Source: a virus
Taxonomy: Duplodnaviria; Caudoviricetes
Strand: one strand, 5' to 3'
IMG/VR virus record: IMGVR_UViG_3300044513_001810
Coordinates: 1 to 59,185 of that record
DNA length: 59,185 nucleotides
A model generated the notes under the pieces. That model worked only from the letters and a program-made list of their open reading frames with translations, had not been told where the DNA came from and did no database searches. Positions 36,111 to 46,148 of this stretch are shown here, piece after piece (the stretch's first letter is position 1; the number at the start of each line of letters is the position of its first letter). The position numbers were made by a program, and so were the translations under genes.

Positions 36111-36778
36111 GTGCCTTGCTGAATTTTACCTTCTGAATATTGAACAGCCAGTCCATCCTCAAGGCTTACGCCCAAGTAGTTCACGGCACGCATAATAATA
36201 GCATTCAATGCCGGTTCATTCCACTGCATCTGCGTAGATGTTCCAGAATTGTATGTGATTGTGCGGCCGCTCTGCGTGTATCCAAACACCGGCTTTGCTG
36301 GACGAACCAAGTAGTCTATGTCAATGTCACTGTGTGCCTCTTTGGGGTACAACTGGACGCGGCCATCACCGGATATCTTGGCGATAGGCTCGCTTGATGT
36401 TGGGGTAAGTATGTACGAATCAAGACGGTATGCTACTTCATCTTCCGACAAAATAGGTATTGTCTTGTTCGCTTTACTGATAGCCAACAAGTGCATGTAA
36501 TCTGTGTTTGAGATAACCAATAGCCCACCAGAGGTAGTGTTGTCCGTATCACTCTCCTTGAATGGAGCAAGATGGTCATGCAATGCTTGTGTCATCCCAT
36601 ATGCCACACGAGGCACTGGGCGACCAGGCTGGTATTCTTCTATGTTTCCATACAACCTATTAAAATACCACATCTGCGCGCGGTCAAGAGCAGTGTCAAT
36701 CTCTTCCGGCGTTGCATATCCAGTATTATGCTTATTTAGCAGTAATAGGATGAAATCATGTATTTCCTTTATTGTCAT
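36107..36778 (-). CDS. Tail ring/head-tail connector protein
   Basis: LLNK...GY.TPEE....DRAQ...YL.RP..P motif. Confidence 0.65.
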   Translation of the reverse strand: MTIKEIHDFILLLLNKHNTGYATPEEIDTALDRAQMWYFNRLYGNIEEYQPGRPVPRVAYGMTQALHDHLAPFKESDTDNTTSGGLLVISNTDYMHLLAISKANKTIPILSEDEVAYRLDSYILTPTSSEPIAKISGDGRVQLYPKEAHSDIDIDYLVRPAKPVFGYTQSGRTITYNSGTSTQMQWNEPALNAIIMRAVNYLGVSLEDGLAVQYSEGKIQQGT

Positions 36779-37031
36779 TTGACTCGCTTATCGCACCAGT
36801 GTTCATGTCAATGGTGACTGTTCCATACCTTTTCTCCAGGCGTTGAGAGAGTTCAGCATATGCTTTGCGAGATGAGGCGTATTTCCCGAAGGCATCAGCC
36901 TTCATTACAGCCAAGTCTTGTTCAGCACCAGCCAGTTGCAAAACCGTTTGCTCGTGCTTTCTCAATTCTGCGGAAGCGTCCGTTAAACTCTTTAACTCTG
37001 CCTTTGTGATTCTTTCTTTTTTAGTTGCCAT
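36756..37031 (-). CDS. Small coiled-coil protein
   Basis: LEKRYGTVTIDMNTGAI; upstream TATATTTG promoter box at about 37062-37069. Confidence 0.7.
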   Translation of the reverse strand: MATKKERITKAELKSLTDASAELRKHEQTVLQLAGAEQDLAVMKADAFGKYASSRKAYAELSQRLEKRYGTVTIDMNTGAISESNDNKGNT

Positions 37032-37106
37032 AATTGTTTGATTGATTTCCTTTGGTACTTACAAATATAGTTAGCCCTCTTTGCATGCCTTACAAAAGGA
37101 GGTGTA

Positions 37107-39329
37107 TTAAGGCTTGTTGCAAAAAGATACGATTATGTATCGCTTACCGGAGTGTATTGGCCGACCTCCGTGACGGTGCGTTATTGCACCAGGGTGTATA
37201 GATATCTCACCCACAGTGCCTATGTGTGTCTGCTTTTGCTTCCAGAAATATGTGCCGCCGCCAGTAAAGTCTTTATTGAGTGTTAGCAACGCAGTTATTG
37301 CGGAGAAGTCGTGGTGTAGGTTTAGATGGCCTTGCGCGTCCATGGTGTACTTCACCATAAAATTTTCAGCATTCATCTGTGGCCATTGGTTGCCGTCTAA
37401 ATGCCAGTAGAATATTGCAGACGGATACACAAACTCGCGCAGCACCCGATTGTATATCTCATTAAAGCCAAATGTAGTCAATAGGGTATCCACGGTGGGG
37501 TAAAAGTCATGACGCTTCTGTTCCCAGTGCGCGTTTTTTTCTGCCTCCTCAATAATGACTTCACAAAACTCTTCCGTAAAGAGAGGGTAGGTGATGACAT
37601 TTTCAATAGGTTCGTCTATTACCAACTCCCACTGCTTGGTCCGGGCCACGGGGTGTATCCATCGCTCCACCCAGGCATCCCAGTCACCAGTTTTAAACAA
37701 TTCTCCGTTCGCGAATCGCGAAGTCTGCGATGTTTCTGGGGTACTGGTCTGCTTAATAATTTCTTTTTTAGATGCCATAGCCTTGATGTTTCTACTAAAA
37801 AAATGTAGGTCTTTTCGTGGATGCTCGGAGTAGACAAATGTCGCCGGAATAAACTCATCAACGGGGATGATGTTTTTTCTGTAGGGTTGTGCCAACAATT
37901 TCTTGACGGCATCACGAGTTAATATGTACGCGTGGTTATTATATATGAGGCCGGGGATATATGCGTCATCAAACTCCATGACCGGCGACTCAATGGGATT
38001 ACCGCCGAGATACCATATCCCCCATTCGCGAGGACTATCAAAGTCCCGTATAATATCCTGGTTCAGTGGGGCCAGCACCTCAAAGTCCTCTTCAAGTATC
38101 AGCGCGGACTCCACCTTATCGTTTAACACACTTTGCCAAACGCTGATATGTGCAAGCGCACAACCCACCTCCCCAGGTGTAACTGGCCGATTCCACCAGG
38201 TGTTCGTGGTATCTATAGCCCAGTCCTTGTACACAACATAATCCTTCTCCTCGTCTGACAAGATTGAAACATCAACGCCCGGCACAATTTCAATAGGTAC
38301 GCGTATCCCTAATTTTTTGAATCGTTCCTTGATGTCCTTCTCTTTGCTTGGAGTAGGGTTCATGCATATACAGTATGCTTTTTGAAACACTGGAATCTCT
38401 CTGTCCAGTATTTCTTTTTGCCATTCTTTCATAATGATTGACCAATCAAATCTTTCAACCCACGACTGAAGTGTTTCTATTTTGGTTTCGTTGTTCATTG
38501 GCCCTACCGTTTCTTGTAGTGCCGCATGTAAAGATGTAATAGGCACAACGCCGTGCGCCATCATCTCTAATGCTGTTATGCAAAAAGTTTCGTTGTACTC
38601 CGTGGGGTAGTACCAACGCTCCATTTCAGATAACAATTTGTATAGTTCGCCCTGGGGCAAAGTTCCCAAAACGGTAACTGATTCATCGTCAAGACAAATA
38701 TGACTGAACTCCTCTCGGAGCATTTTTAAGCCATATTCTGGTGTAGCCACATACAAGTGTCCCCCTACAGACTTGACATACTCATATGTTTTATCCAGCC
38801 CCCTCTCCGGATGAGATGTGTACACATATGAATTTGCCTTTTTTGTTGTTGTCCGATTGAACAACTTTGTAGGCACACCATTATATATACGCATACACTT
38901 GTGCGCTACCTCTGGATACCTCTTTTTTGTTTCGTTCAAGTGCCAGTCACTGACGCAAACGATATGGTCAACAAGCGATAAGTACCTACGGTGGTCCACC
39001 ATTTCCTCGCCTTGATACCAAGGGTAGTACTCTTCGTTGTGTAACCAAAACACGGTTTTCTTTACACTGTGATACTCAAACTGTTTAAGAAAATGGATAT
39101 ACTGTACACCAACGAGTACATCTATAGGTACATCAACACCAGTGGCAAACCTAACGCCATTCCAGGAAGTGGGACGGACCTCACCAACGACATGAACATT
39201 GTGACCAGCAAGAGATAGTTCTTTTGCTAAAAAGCAAACACACTTCTCCGTGCCGCCCAGGCCGGTTGTATCAAGGTCTTCCGGACCCCATGGGTTGGCA
39301 TAATAGCCCACATAAAAAACAATGGTCAT
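37107..39329 (-). CDS. Trifunctional GT4 glycosyltransferase / GT25 (COLGALT-like) / 2OG-Fe(II) lysyl hydroxylase (PLOD-like)
   Basis: GGTE...ETFCITALEMMA (GT4); GEVGCALAH...LILEED...HAYILT...PVDEFIP (GT25); FMVKY...LHHD...GGGTYF...HPG..THRHGG.P..SG.RYIIVSF (PLOD LH). Confidence 0.85.
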   Translation of the reverse strand: MTIVFYVGYYANPWGPEDLDTTGLGGTEKCVCFLAKELSLAGHNVHVVGEVRPTSWNGVRFATGVDVPIDVLVGVQYIHFLKQFEYHSVKKTVFWLHNEEYYPWYQGEEMVDHRRYLSLVDHIVCVSDWHLNETKKRYPEVAHKCMRIYNGVPTKLFNRTTTKKANSYVYTSHPERGLDKTYEYVKSVGGHLYVATPEYGLKMLREEFSHICLDDESVTVLGTLPQGELYKLLSEMERWYYPTEYNETFCITALEMMAHGVVPITSLHAALQETVGPMNNETKIETLQSWVERFDWSIIMKEWQKEILDREIPVFQKAYCICMNPTPSKEKDIKERFKKLGIRVPIEIVPGVDVSILSDEEKDYVVYKDWAIDTTNTWWNRPVTPGEVGCALAHISVWQSVLNDKVESALILEEDFEVLAPLNQDIIRDFDSPREWGIWYLGGNPIESPVMEFDDAYIPGLIYNNHAYILTRDAVKKLLAQPYRKNIIPVDEFIPATFVYSEHPRKDLHFFSRNIKAMASKKEIIKQTSTPETSQTSRFANGELFKTGDWDAWVERWIHPVARTKQWELVIDEPIENVITYPLFTEEFCEVIIEEAEKNAHWEQKRHDFYPTVDTLLTTFGFNEIYNRVLREFVYPSAIFYWHLDGNQWPQMNAENFMVKYTMDAQGHLNLHHDFSAITALLTLNKDFTGGGTYFWKQKQTHIGTVGEISIHPGAITHRHGGRPIHSGKRYIIVSFCNKP

Positions 39330-39361
39330 CTATGGTTATTTGTCGTAAAAATAAGTTATTT

Positions 39362-39556
39362 CTACGACAACACCAATATTGAATAAAGTATATTTTGAAT
39401 TTCCCCGTCAAAGTCTACGGTAAAGTGAGTGTCGCCAACTGAAGACACTGCATAAGAATTATCTCCCACTATGCTTGCGCCATCGTAAGAGTATGAGTCG
39501 CTATCTGTTTCCTCAAACTTGAAAGCAGCACCAGATATAAAATCTTCTCTTGTCAT
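39362..39556 (-). CDS. Small hypothetical protein
   Basis: ATGA-coupled to 39553-40470. Confidence 0.6.
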   Translation of the reverse strand: MTREDFISGAAFKFEETDSDSYSYDGASIVGDNSYAVSSVGDTHFTVDFDGEIQNILYSILVLS

Positions 39557-40470
39557 TCGTAATAACTGTTTGTCCCTTCATGTAAAGATGTGATGTCGTC
39601 TGCTGACAATGCTTCAGCAAATACCCAAAAATGCCCGAAAGACCCCCTAAAATATCTTGAGTTAACACCAGTGGAAAGGTACATTGCATCTGTAGAGCCA
39701 CCACTACCATCTTCAAAAGCAAGCGCGCCTCCAGTTCCGCTCAAAAAAGATAGTCCCTCCTCTTCACCGCCAGCAAATTTAGTGTAAGAATAGTTTGTTG
39801 ATGATGACGCTGTATTATTGCTGTGGGATAAGATAAACGCACACATCTGCCATTCCCCAGCATTTAATGTGTACGATGTGCCAAAACTTCTGCGGTCCGA
39901 AGAAGAAGTACCCGTACCATCGCCACGCACCGGACGAATCTGGCCAGTTGTAGTCAAGTTAAAGTGAAACCCTTTGTAAGGTGCGTTGTCAGCAAGACCG
40001 TCCAAGTCTGTGGTTAGGATGTTCACATTTGCAGAGGGGGTATTATCCATCTTAATCCAAAACACGATAGTCGTATACCCAGAAGAGTTTTGCTTGTACG
40101 CAGTGCCTCCACTTACGCCGTCAAAATAAGAGTAAGAATTTGACCCATTGTATGCAAGCGTCCCCGTGTAGTCACCGGCAGTGGTATTACTTTTAGTAAA
40201 GCCAAGACCAGAGCCTAAAGCAGTGCTACTGGTGTCATAGTAGGTTTCATAGCCAAGAGGGGGGTTATACCTAAACTTCATGCTTCGGTGGTCATACCCT
40301 CTCCAGTTACCCATGGTTACATTACTTGAAGACGAGGTGGTAGCAAAGGATTGGTTATCTATATCGTTAGCGGCAAAGCGTAGGTCGCCAAGCGATAAGT
40401 TGGTAGTTGTACTCTTACCTACTTCGCTGTAAATACCGCTAACAGAAACATTTGTAGTGCCTAATGCCAT
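39553..40470 (-). CDS. LamG/concanavalin-A-like lectin domain virion protein
   Basis: TIVFWIK...GEWQMCAF...YFRGSFGHFWVFAEALSADDI. Confidence 0.7.
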   Translation of the reverse strand: MALGTTNVSVSGIYSEVGKSTTTNLSLGDLRFAANDIDNQSFATTSSSSNVTMGNWRGYDHRSMKFRYNPPLGYETYYDTSSTALGSGLGFTKSNTTAGDYTGTLAYNGSNSYSYFDGVSGGTAYKQNSSGYTTIVFWIKMDNTPSANVNILTTDLDGLADNAPYKGFHFNLTTTGQIRPVRGDGTGTSSSDRRSFGTSYTLNAGEWQMCAFILSHSNNTASSSTNYSYTKFAGGEEEGLSFLSGTGGALAFEDGSGGSTDAMYLSTGVNSRYFRGSFGHFWVFAEALSADDITSLHEGTNSYYE

Positions 40471-40475
40471 GTGTA

Positions 40476-42761
40476 TTATTTAGGACAGTTGTTGTCTATC
40501 TCCTTAATAGCCTCAATCAACAAGGCAATAACTTTATCATAGCGGACGGCATAGTACCCGTTGTCACGCTGTGTCACAACCTCTGGCAACACCTTCATAA
40601 TCTCTTGGGCAATAACACCTACATCATGTCCGGTGTTAGGGTGTAGTTCCTCATTCTCAATCCAATCAAACTCTACACCGTTTATTTTATGAAGTTTATC
40701 AAGTGCCGATTCAATAGGCTTGACATTCTCTTTTAATCTGTTATCAGAAGAGTAGTATGCAACAATGTCATTAGTAGCACGAATATGACCGGCTGTTCCA
40801 GAGGCCGTTGTGCCTACGCCGAGGCTATTAACCTGGGCATTTGAACTCGTTGTAAAACCTCCGGCTTCACCCTTCTGGCCTTTGTCACCATTAGTACCAT
40901 TGCTTCCGTTCGTTCCGTTACTTCCCGGTTCGCCCTTCTGCCCCTTGTCACCATTGGTTCCATTAGACCCGTTACTACCATTCGTCCCGTTACTTCCCGG
41001 CTCTCCCTTTTGACCCTTATCTCCATTCGTACCGTTACTACCATTACTACCGTTACTTCCAGGTTCGCCCTTCTGACCCTTATCTCCGTTTGTACCGTTG
41101 CTTCCGTTAGCACCAGGCTCCCCCTTTTGACCCTTACTACCGGTAGCACCACGCGGAATGGTAAAATCAAAAGTTGCCGCAGACGATGAGCCACTATTAG
41201 TAACACTCGCTTCTGTACCTTCATCGCCAGTGGTGACCTCACCTACAGAAACGGTTGCAGAAGTACCATTAGAACCGTTTGAGCCGTTACTTCCAGGCGC
41301 ACCTTTCTGACCCTTATCTCCATTAGTTCCGTTACTCCCGTTGCTTCCAGGCTCACCTTTCTGACCCTTGTCGCCGTTAGTACCGTTACTTCCGTTAGAG
41401 CCATTACTACCAGGCTCTCCCTTCTGTCCTTTAGAGCCGTTAGTACCGTTGCTACCATTGCTTCCAGGCTCTCCCTTTTGACCCTTGTCCCCATTGGTTC
41501 CGTTACTCCCGTTGCTTCCGGCCTCGCCCTTCTGACCCTTGCTTCCATTTGTACCGTTGCTACCGTTGGTTCCGGACTCGCCCTTCTGGCCCTTATCACC
41601 GGTATCTCCAATCGGCAAAACAAAATCAAATGTTGCAGCAGTACTTGAACCACTGTTGGTTACGCGCTCATCTCCTTGGACACCCGACTCAACACTTCCA
41701 ATCGTAATAGTAGCGGCTGAACCGTTTGAACCATTACTTCCGGCCTCACCCTTCTGACCCTTACTTCCGTTCGTGCCGTTCGTTCCATTGGTTCCGGACT
41801 CACCTTTCTGTCCTTTATCTCCATTGGTTCCGTTAGACCCGTTGCTTCCGGCCTCTCCCTTCTGTCCCTTATCTCCGTTCGTGCCGTTTGAACCATTGCT
41901 TCCGGCCTCTCCTTTCTGTCCTTTGCTTCCAGTTGCGCCAACCGGTATGCTAAAATCAAAAGTCGCGGCAGTAGATGTGCCGGAGTTTGTGACACTGGCC
42001 TCACTGCCTTCTGTACCCGTGCCAACTTCCCCTACAGTAATTGTAGCGGCAGTACCATTAGAACCGTTGCTACCGTTAGCCCCCGGTTCCCCTTTCTGTC
42101 CCTTGCTTCCGTTAGTTCCATTAGAACCGTTCGTTCCGGATTCACCTTTCTGTCCCTTGTCCCCGTTGGTTCCGTTACTTCCGTTAGTACCGGCCTCTCC
42201 TTTCTGACCCTTGTCACCATTACTACCGTTACTTCCGTCAGCCCCACGGTCGCCCTTCTGGCCTTTACTGCCGGTAGCACCGACTGGTATACTGAAGTCA
42301 AATGTTGCTGCTGTAGATGTGCCGCTATTTGTTATGCTGGCCTCGGAACCCTCTGTGCCAGTGCTAACCTCACCCACCGCGATTGTAGCCGCACTACCGT
42401 TTGAACCGTTACTTCCGGCCTCGCCCTTCTGACCTTTAGACCCGTTGGTTCCGTTACTACCGTTGGCCCCAGGCGCACCCTTTTCCCCCTTGTCACCGTT
42501 CGTACCGTTACTACCGTTACTACCATTGGTTCCTGGCGCGCCCTTTTCTCCTTTATCGCCATTAGTTCCGTTACTACCGTTACTTCCGGACTGGCCTTTT
42601 TGACCTTTATCACCGTTCGTCCCGTTAGTGCCGTTGGCCCCAGGCTCTCCTTTCAAACCAGTAGAACTACCAGCCCATTGCCCGGAAGAGTTGATGACTG
42701 TAGTTCCGCCAATAGCAACGCTACCGTCTACATCTAAATTTGATTGGAGTTTAATAGCCAT
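40476..42761 (-). CDS. Collagen-like tail fibre with C-terminal S74 autochaperone
   Basis: Long G-X-Y runs (GDKGQKGE, GSNGTN); four ATI.VG.V.TG...FDF.IP.G spacers; SSDNRLKEN...GVIAQE...VRYDK. Confidence 0.9.
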   Translation of the reverse strand: MAIKLQSNLDVDGSVAIGGTTVINSSGQWAGSSTGLKGEPGANGTNGTNGDKGQKGQSGSNGSNGTNGDKGEKGAPGTNGSNGSNGTNGDKGEKGAPGANGSNGTNGSKGQKGEAGSNGSNGSAATIAVGEVSTGTEGSEASITNSGTSTAATFDFSIPVGATGSKGQKGDRGADGSNGSNGDKGQKGEAGTNGSNGTNGDKGQKGESGTNGSNGTNGSKGQKGEPGANGSNGSNGTAATITVGEVGTGTEGSEASVTNSGTSTAATFDFSIPVGATGSKGQKGEAGSNGSNGTNGDKGQKGEAGSNGSNGTNGDKGQKGESGTNGTNGTNGSKGQKGEAGSNGSNGSAATITIGSVESGVQGDERVTNSGSSTAATFDFVLPIGDTGDKGQKGESGTNGSNGTNGSKGQKGEAGSNGSNGTNGDKGQKGEPGSNGSNGTNGSKGQKGEPGSNGSNGSNGTNGDKGQKGEPGSNGSNGTNGDKGQKGAPGSNGSNGSNGTSATVSVGEVTTGDEGTEASVTNSGSSSAATFDFTIPRGATGSKGQKGEPGANGSNGTNGDKGQKGEPGSNGSNGSNGTNGDKGQKGEPGSNGTNGSNGSNGTNGDKGQKGEPGSNGTNGSNGTNGDKGQKGEAGGFTTSSNAQVNSLGVGTTASGTAGHIRATNDIVAYYSSDNRLKENVKPIESALDKLHKINGVEFDWIENEELHPNTGHDVGVIAQEIMKVLPEVVTQRDNGYYAVRYDKVIALLIEAIKEIDNNCPK

Positions 42762-42773
42762 AATTGTTTATAT

Positions 42774-42816
42774 AAAAAAAGGGGTGAGGGTGTTCGGGTA
42801 ACACCTCCACCCCCTT
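42774..42816 (-). terminator. Rho-independent terminator
   Basis: GC-rich hairpin followed on the minus strand by T7. Confidence 0.75.
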
Positions 42817-42835
42817 ATCTGTTATTTAATCTTTA

Positions 42836-44407
42836 TCAAGAAGCGGCTGTTCCAGTAATAACCACATTAAAGTCTGCGTCTGTATTTACACGAATAGTAA
42901 TCTCATCTGATGCTTGAGCAACATCTGCAAGTACAAAGTTCCAACTTGAGTCATACACTTGAACAACACAACCAGGTGCAGAGATTCCATGAGTACCAGA
43001 GGCAATAGCAATAGTACCGGAAGACGAAGTGTGTTCTGCACTGTATACAATTGCACGGTTGTTAATCTGCGTTTGAATAGCAGAAGTAACACCGTCTACA
43101 TAGTTCAACTCTGTAGTCGTAGCCGTAATGCCATCAAGAGTATTGATTTCAGCGGCAGTTGCTGTAACGCCATCAAGAATATTCAATTCCGCTGTAGTGG
43201 CAGTAACTCCATCCAACTTGTTGATTTCCGCAGTAGTCGCCGTTACACCATCAAGAATGTTTAGTTCAGCACCAGTAGCACTGATGGCTGTACCGTTAAT
43301 GGTGATTGAAGTACCTACATTAAGGCCACCAGTCAATGTCAAACTTGCAAAGCGAGCCGGCAACAATGTTCCGGTAAACACTTCACTTTCATTTGCAGCA
43401 GCACCATAAACAACAAACTCACGAAGTGAATCATCATAACCAAAGAAACCAAGGCGCGCCGCTGTGTCGTAGTAGCGGAACTCAACCCCTCGGTCTTTAT
43501 TGTCATCAGAAGTTGGCGCAGTATCTCCGCCAAGAGTGATGATTGGGTCATCAAGTGTTGTCGTTGTAGAGTTAACGGTTGTCGTTGTACCGTTTACTGT
43601 TAAGTTACCAGTTACAGTAACGCCACCACTAAATGTGGCTGTGACATCAGTCGCGTCCCCAATGGTGAAGTTGTTTGTCAATTGACTCAAACGGGTAGCA
43701 AGATTGTCGGTGCTTACATCCTCATCGGTGTTTGTAGTTTTTGCTGTCCACGAGAAAGTACCGTCACCATCTGATGTCAATACCTGGCCACTTGTACCAT
43801 TTCCAGAAACATTAAGTTCAGCCGCACCGACAGTGTTGTCTGTAATTTCAGACGCTCCTACTGCGTCAAGTGTTGCTAACCCACCAAGGCCAAGATTTGT
43901 TCTTGACTCATTTGCATCTTGAATGTCAGATAGATTGTTTCCAGAAGCAAGGTAATCACTCGTTGAAGCCGTAGCGATACTGCCCAAGCCAAGTGATGTG
44001 CGAACGGTTGCTCCGCTTTCATAAGCAAAAGCACCAGCACCAGTAGCCACAATAAACTGGCCGTCAGATGCCGCAGCACCAAGAGTATCAAGGTCTTCAA
44101 GAACACCATCAACGCCAACGGTAATATCACCGGTTGATGTAATTGGGCTACCACTAACAGCGACACCAGCACCAGCAGTAATACCCACGCTCGTTACAGA
44201 GCCAGCACCCACCAATGCCCATGAAGAGCCATTGTAGATTTTTAGTTTGTTTACCGTGGAATCGTAAGCGATTTGACCAGCGGATGGAGATGAGATTGCA
44301 CCAATCTCCGTTGTTGTAAGGTTATCAACTATAGCATTTCTCAACTCATTATTTCCGAGGTCAAGATAGCCATCAATTGTAACATTGTTAAGAAACGCAA
44401 TTGCCAT
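42836..44407 (-). CDS. Tail fibre/spike protein
   Basis: Thr/Gly-rich; GNLTVNGTTTTVNST, DDNKDRG, and tandem TATTAELNILDGV repeats. Confidence 0.8.
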   Translation of the reverse strand: MAIAFLNNVTIDGYLDLGNNELRNAIVDNLTTTEIGAISSPSAGQIAYDSTVNKLKIYNGSSWALVGAGSVTSVGITAGAGVAVSGSPITSTGDITVGVDGVLEDLDTLGAAASDGQFIVATGAGAFAYESGATVRTSLGLGSIATASTSDYLASGNNLSDIQDANESRTNLGLGGLATLDAVGASEITDNTVGAAELNVSGNGTSGQVLTSDGDGTFSWTAKTTNTDEDVSTDNLATRLSQLTNNFTIGDATDVTATFSGGVTVTGNLTVNGTTTTVNSTTTTLDDPIITLGGDTAPTSDDNKDRGVEFRYYDTAARLGFFGYDDSLREFVVYGAAANESEVFTGTLLPARFASLTLTGGLNVGTSITINGTAISATGAELNILDGVTATTAEINKLDGVTATTAELNILDGVTATAAEINTLDGITATTTELNYVDGVTSAIQTQINNRAIVYSAEHTSSSGTIAIASGTHGISAPGCVVQVYDSSWNFVLADVAQASDEITIRVNTDADFNVVITGTAAS

Positions 44408-44444
44408 ACCTAATTGTCTTTGTTTGTTATTGTGCTAAATTAAG

Positions 44445-44756
44445 TTAGTTCAGATATACTTTCCCACTTGTCGCCCCCGAAAATGTAAGAGTAATCTGAC
44501 TATCAGAATCATAAGTGATGTTTGGGTATATAACTGTACCGGCTGAATTTACCACACTAACAGCCGGCTTTTTATTTAAAGAATGAGTGATAACCCAAGT
44601 GTCAGACGGACTGACTTGCTCCACCATCTGGTGCTTGTCGGGTTTACCCACAACGGGTTTACTTACCGAAACATTTGTCTTTACAGACTTTTGTGTTACG
44701 CTAATTTTATTGGTGTTTCCACCGGCACTATCTACTGATATGTTTACGGATGCCAT
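44445..44756 (-). CDS. Small tail-associated protein
   Basis: WVITHSLNKKPAVSVV...SGKVYLN motif. Confidence 0.65.
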   Translation of the reverse strand: MASVNISVDSAGGNTNKISVTQKSVKTNVSVSKPVVGKPDKHQMVEQVSPSDTWVITHSLNKKPAVSVVNSAGTVIYPNITYDSDSQITLTFSGATSGKVYLN

Positions 44757-45130
44757 TACTCGGTTACATCTTCAATCACTACAAAATCACCGGCAAACCA
44801 TGTACTTACATTGCTTGGCGATTCAGAACTATCCGTGGCTTGTAAATCATAAACATAAACGCCAGCCTTAACATTCATGTCGGAGGCTGCCTTTGAGATT
44901 ATCAATGTACCGTCAGAACCCTTCGTAAAATTGCTGTCGCCCTCGGTAAACGACAATACCGTGGTACTGCTATTTGCGCGCTTGCGAACATCAATCTCAA
45001 ACGAATAATTACTTGACAAGTCCACAGCCTCCCCATCCTCGTCTGTGATAGAAAGTTCAATCTTAAAACTATCGTTCTTACGACAAGTGATATCCAGGCG
45101 TGATGCTATATCTAAATTTATTGATGCCAT
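44756..45130 (-). CDS. Ig-like/BppU-like virion protein
   Basis: LDITCRKNDSF...YVYDLQ...G.FVV.EDVT. Confidence 0.6.
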   Translation of the reverse strand: MASINLDIASRLDITCRKNDSFKIELSITDEDGEAVDLSSNYSFEIDVRKRANSSTTVLSFTEGDSNFTKGSDGTLIISKAASDMNVKAGVYVYDLQATDSSESPSNVSTWFAGDFVVIEDVTE

Positions 45131-45162
45131 ACTACAAAACTAACTCAATCCCTTAACACATA

Positions 45163-45197
45163 TAAAAAAGTTGGGGTCAACTTTCGCCAACCCCAAC
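45163..45197 (-). terminator. Putative terminator
   Basis: GTTGGGG/CCCCAAC inverted repeat with a minus-strand T-tract. Confidence 0.55.
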
Positions 45198-45237
45198 CAA
45201 CCAACGGAACCACCAAACAAACACTAATACATAGTGT

Positions 45238-46059
45238 TTACTTTAATGCTGTCTTCAGTGCGTTTAACACTGCGCCACCATGTTCGCTCTCCACCAAGTG
45301 GGCAACAAGAGAGTCCTCTCGTTTGGTTCCACGCGCCACGGTGCAGATTTGTTCTCCACTATCCACCCATTTCCAGGTGTTACTTTGTGAATCAAAGGTA
45401 ATCACACGCGCAGTCTTTGCACGACTAACCAGGGCAAAGATTGCATTCTGCTTATTCTTGCTACGGCGAACAAATTCATCCGGGTGACTTTCAGCGTACT
45501 CTTCTACCTTATCACGCAACACAACGAGTTCTTGTTTCTCGTCCCAGCCCATCATAGCCACAAAATTGCGGATGTCCGCTGCGCCCATTTCTGCCGCAAG
45601 ATTTAGTGCTTGACGCTTGGTTGTACGCTCTTTGCGAGTTTTCTCCGCTGCTTCCTTCGGGTCTACACGAAAAAACAAAGCGTTGATGCTGTCGTCACGA
45701 TTAGGATTGGAAGCGTTGTAATTACACAATTCCATAAACTCATACGCCTCGGCATCACGAACAGCACCACCTTGTAGGACAATGGTCCCCATGTTTTGCT
45801 GCTCAAACCAAAGAGTACGGTATTGAGGTCCACTTGAATCAATAGATGCAATCATAGCAATGTCTACAAATTCATTCTTGTTGCCGTCCCAAATGCGGTC
45901 ACGAACCGGGACATTTTGAGAACAAGGAACCTTTGTCTTTGATGGGTCTTTGGGGTTGATGTTAACTCCCAACAATCGGTAAGTAGCCGATTCACCTTTC
46001 TTTAACGCGGACGGCTTTGTTTTAGCGTCAATCGCGTTTACTTCGTTATAAACTTTCAT
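45238..46059 (-). CDS. Conserved protein downstream of the capsid gene
   Basis: Long ORF; position. Confidence 0.7.
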   Translation of the reverse strand: MKVYNEVNAIDAKTKPSALKKGESATYRLLGVNINPKDPSKTKVPCSQNVPVRDRIWDGNKNEFVDIAMIASIDSSGPQYRTLWFEQQNMGTIVLQGGAVRDAEAYEFMELCNYNASNPNRDDSINALFFRVDPKEAAEKTRKERTTKRQALNLAAEMGAADIRNFVAMMGWDEKQELVVLRDKVEEYAESHPDEFVRRSKNKQNAIFALVSRAKTARVITFDSQSNTWKWVDSGEQICTVARGTKREDSLVAHLVESEHGGAVLNALKTALK

Positions 46060-46092
46060 AACTATTTAATTAATGTTTGTGGTGGTGGTTAT

Positions 46093-46129
46093 TAAAAAGG
46101 GTTGGAAGGGGCAAGCCCCTTCCGTCCCT
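46093..46129 (-). terminator. Terminator after the major capsid gene
   Basis: GGAAGGG/CCCTTCC hairpin with a minus-strand T-tract. Confidence 0.75.
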
Positions 46130-46148
46130 ATTGGATTAAATCCTATGT

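Noticed and set aside
40810-42613. Many alternative-frame ORFs over the collagen gene
   Set aside because: By-products of the G-X-Y repeat lacking stops in other frames.
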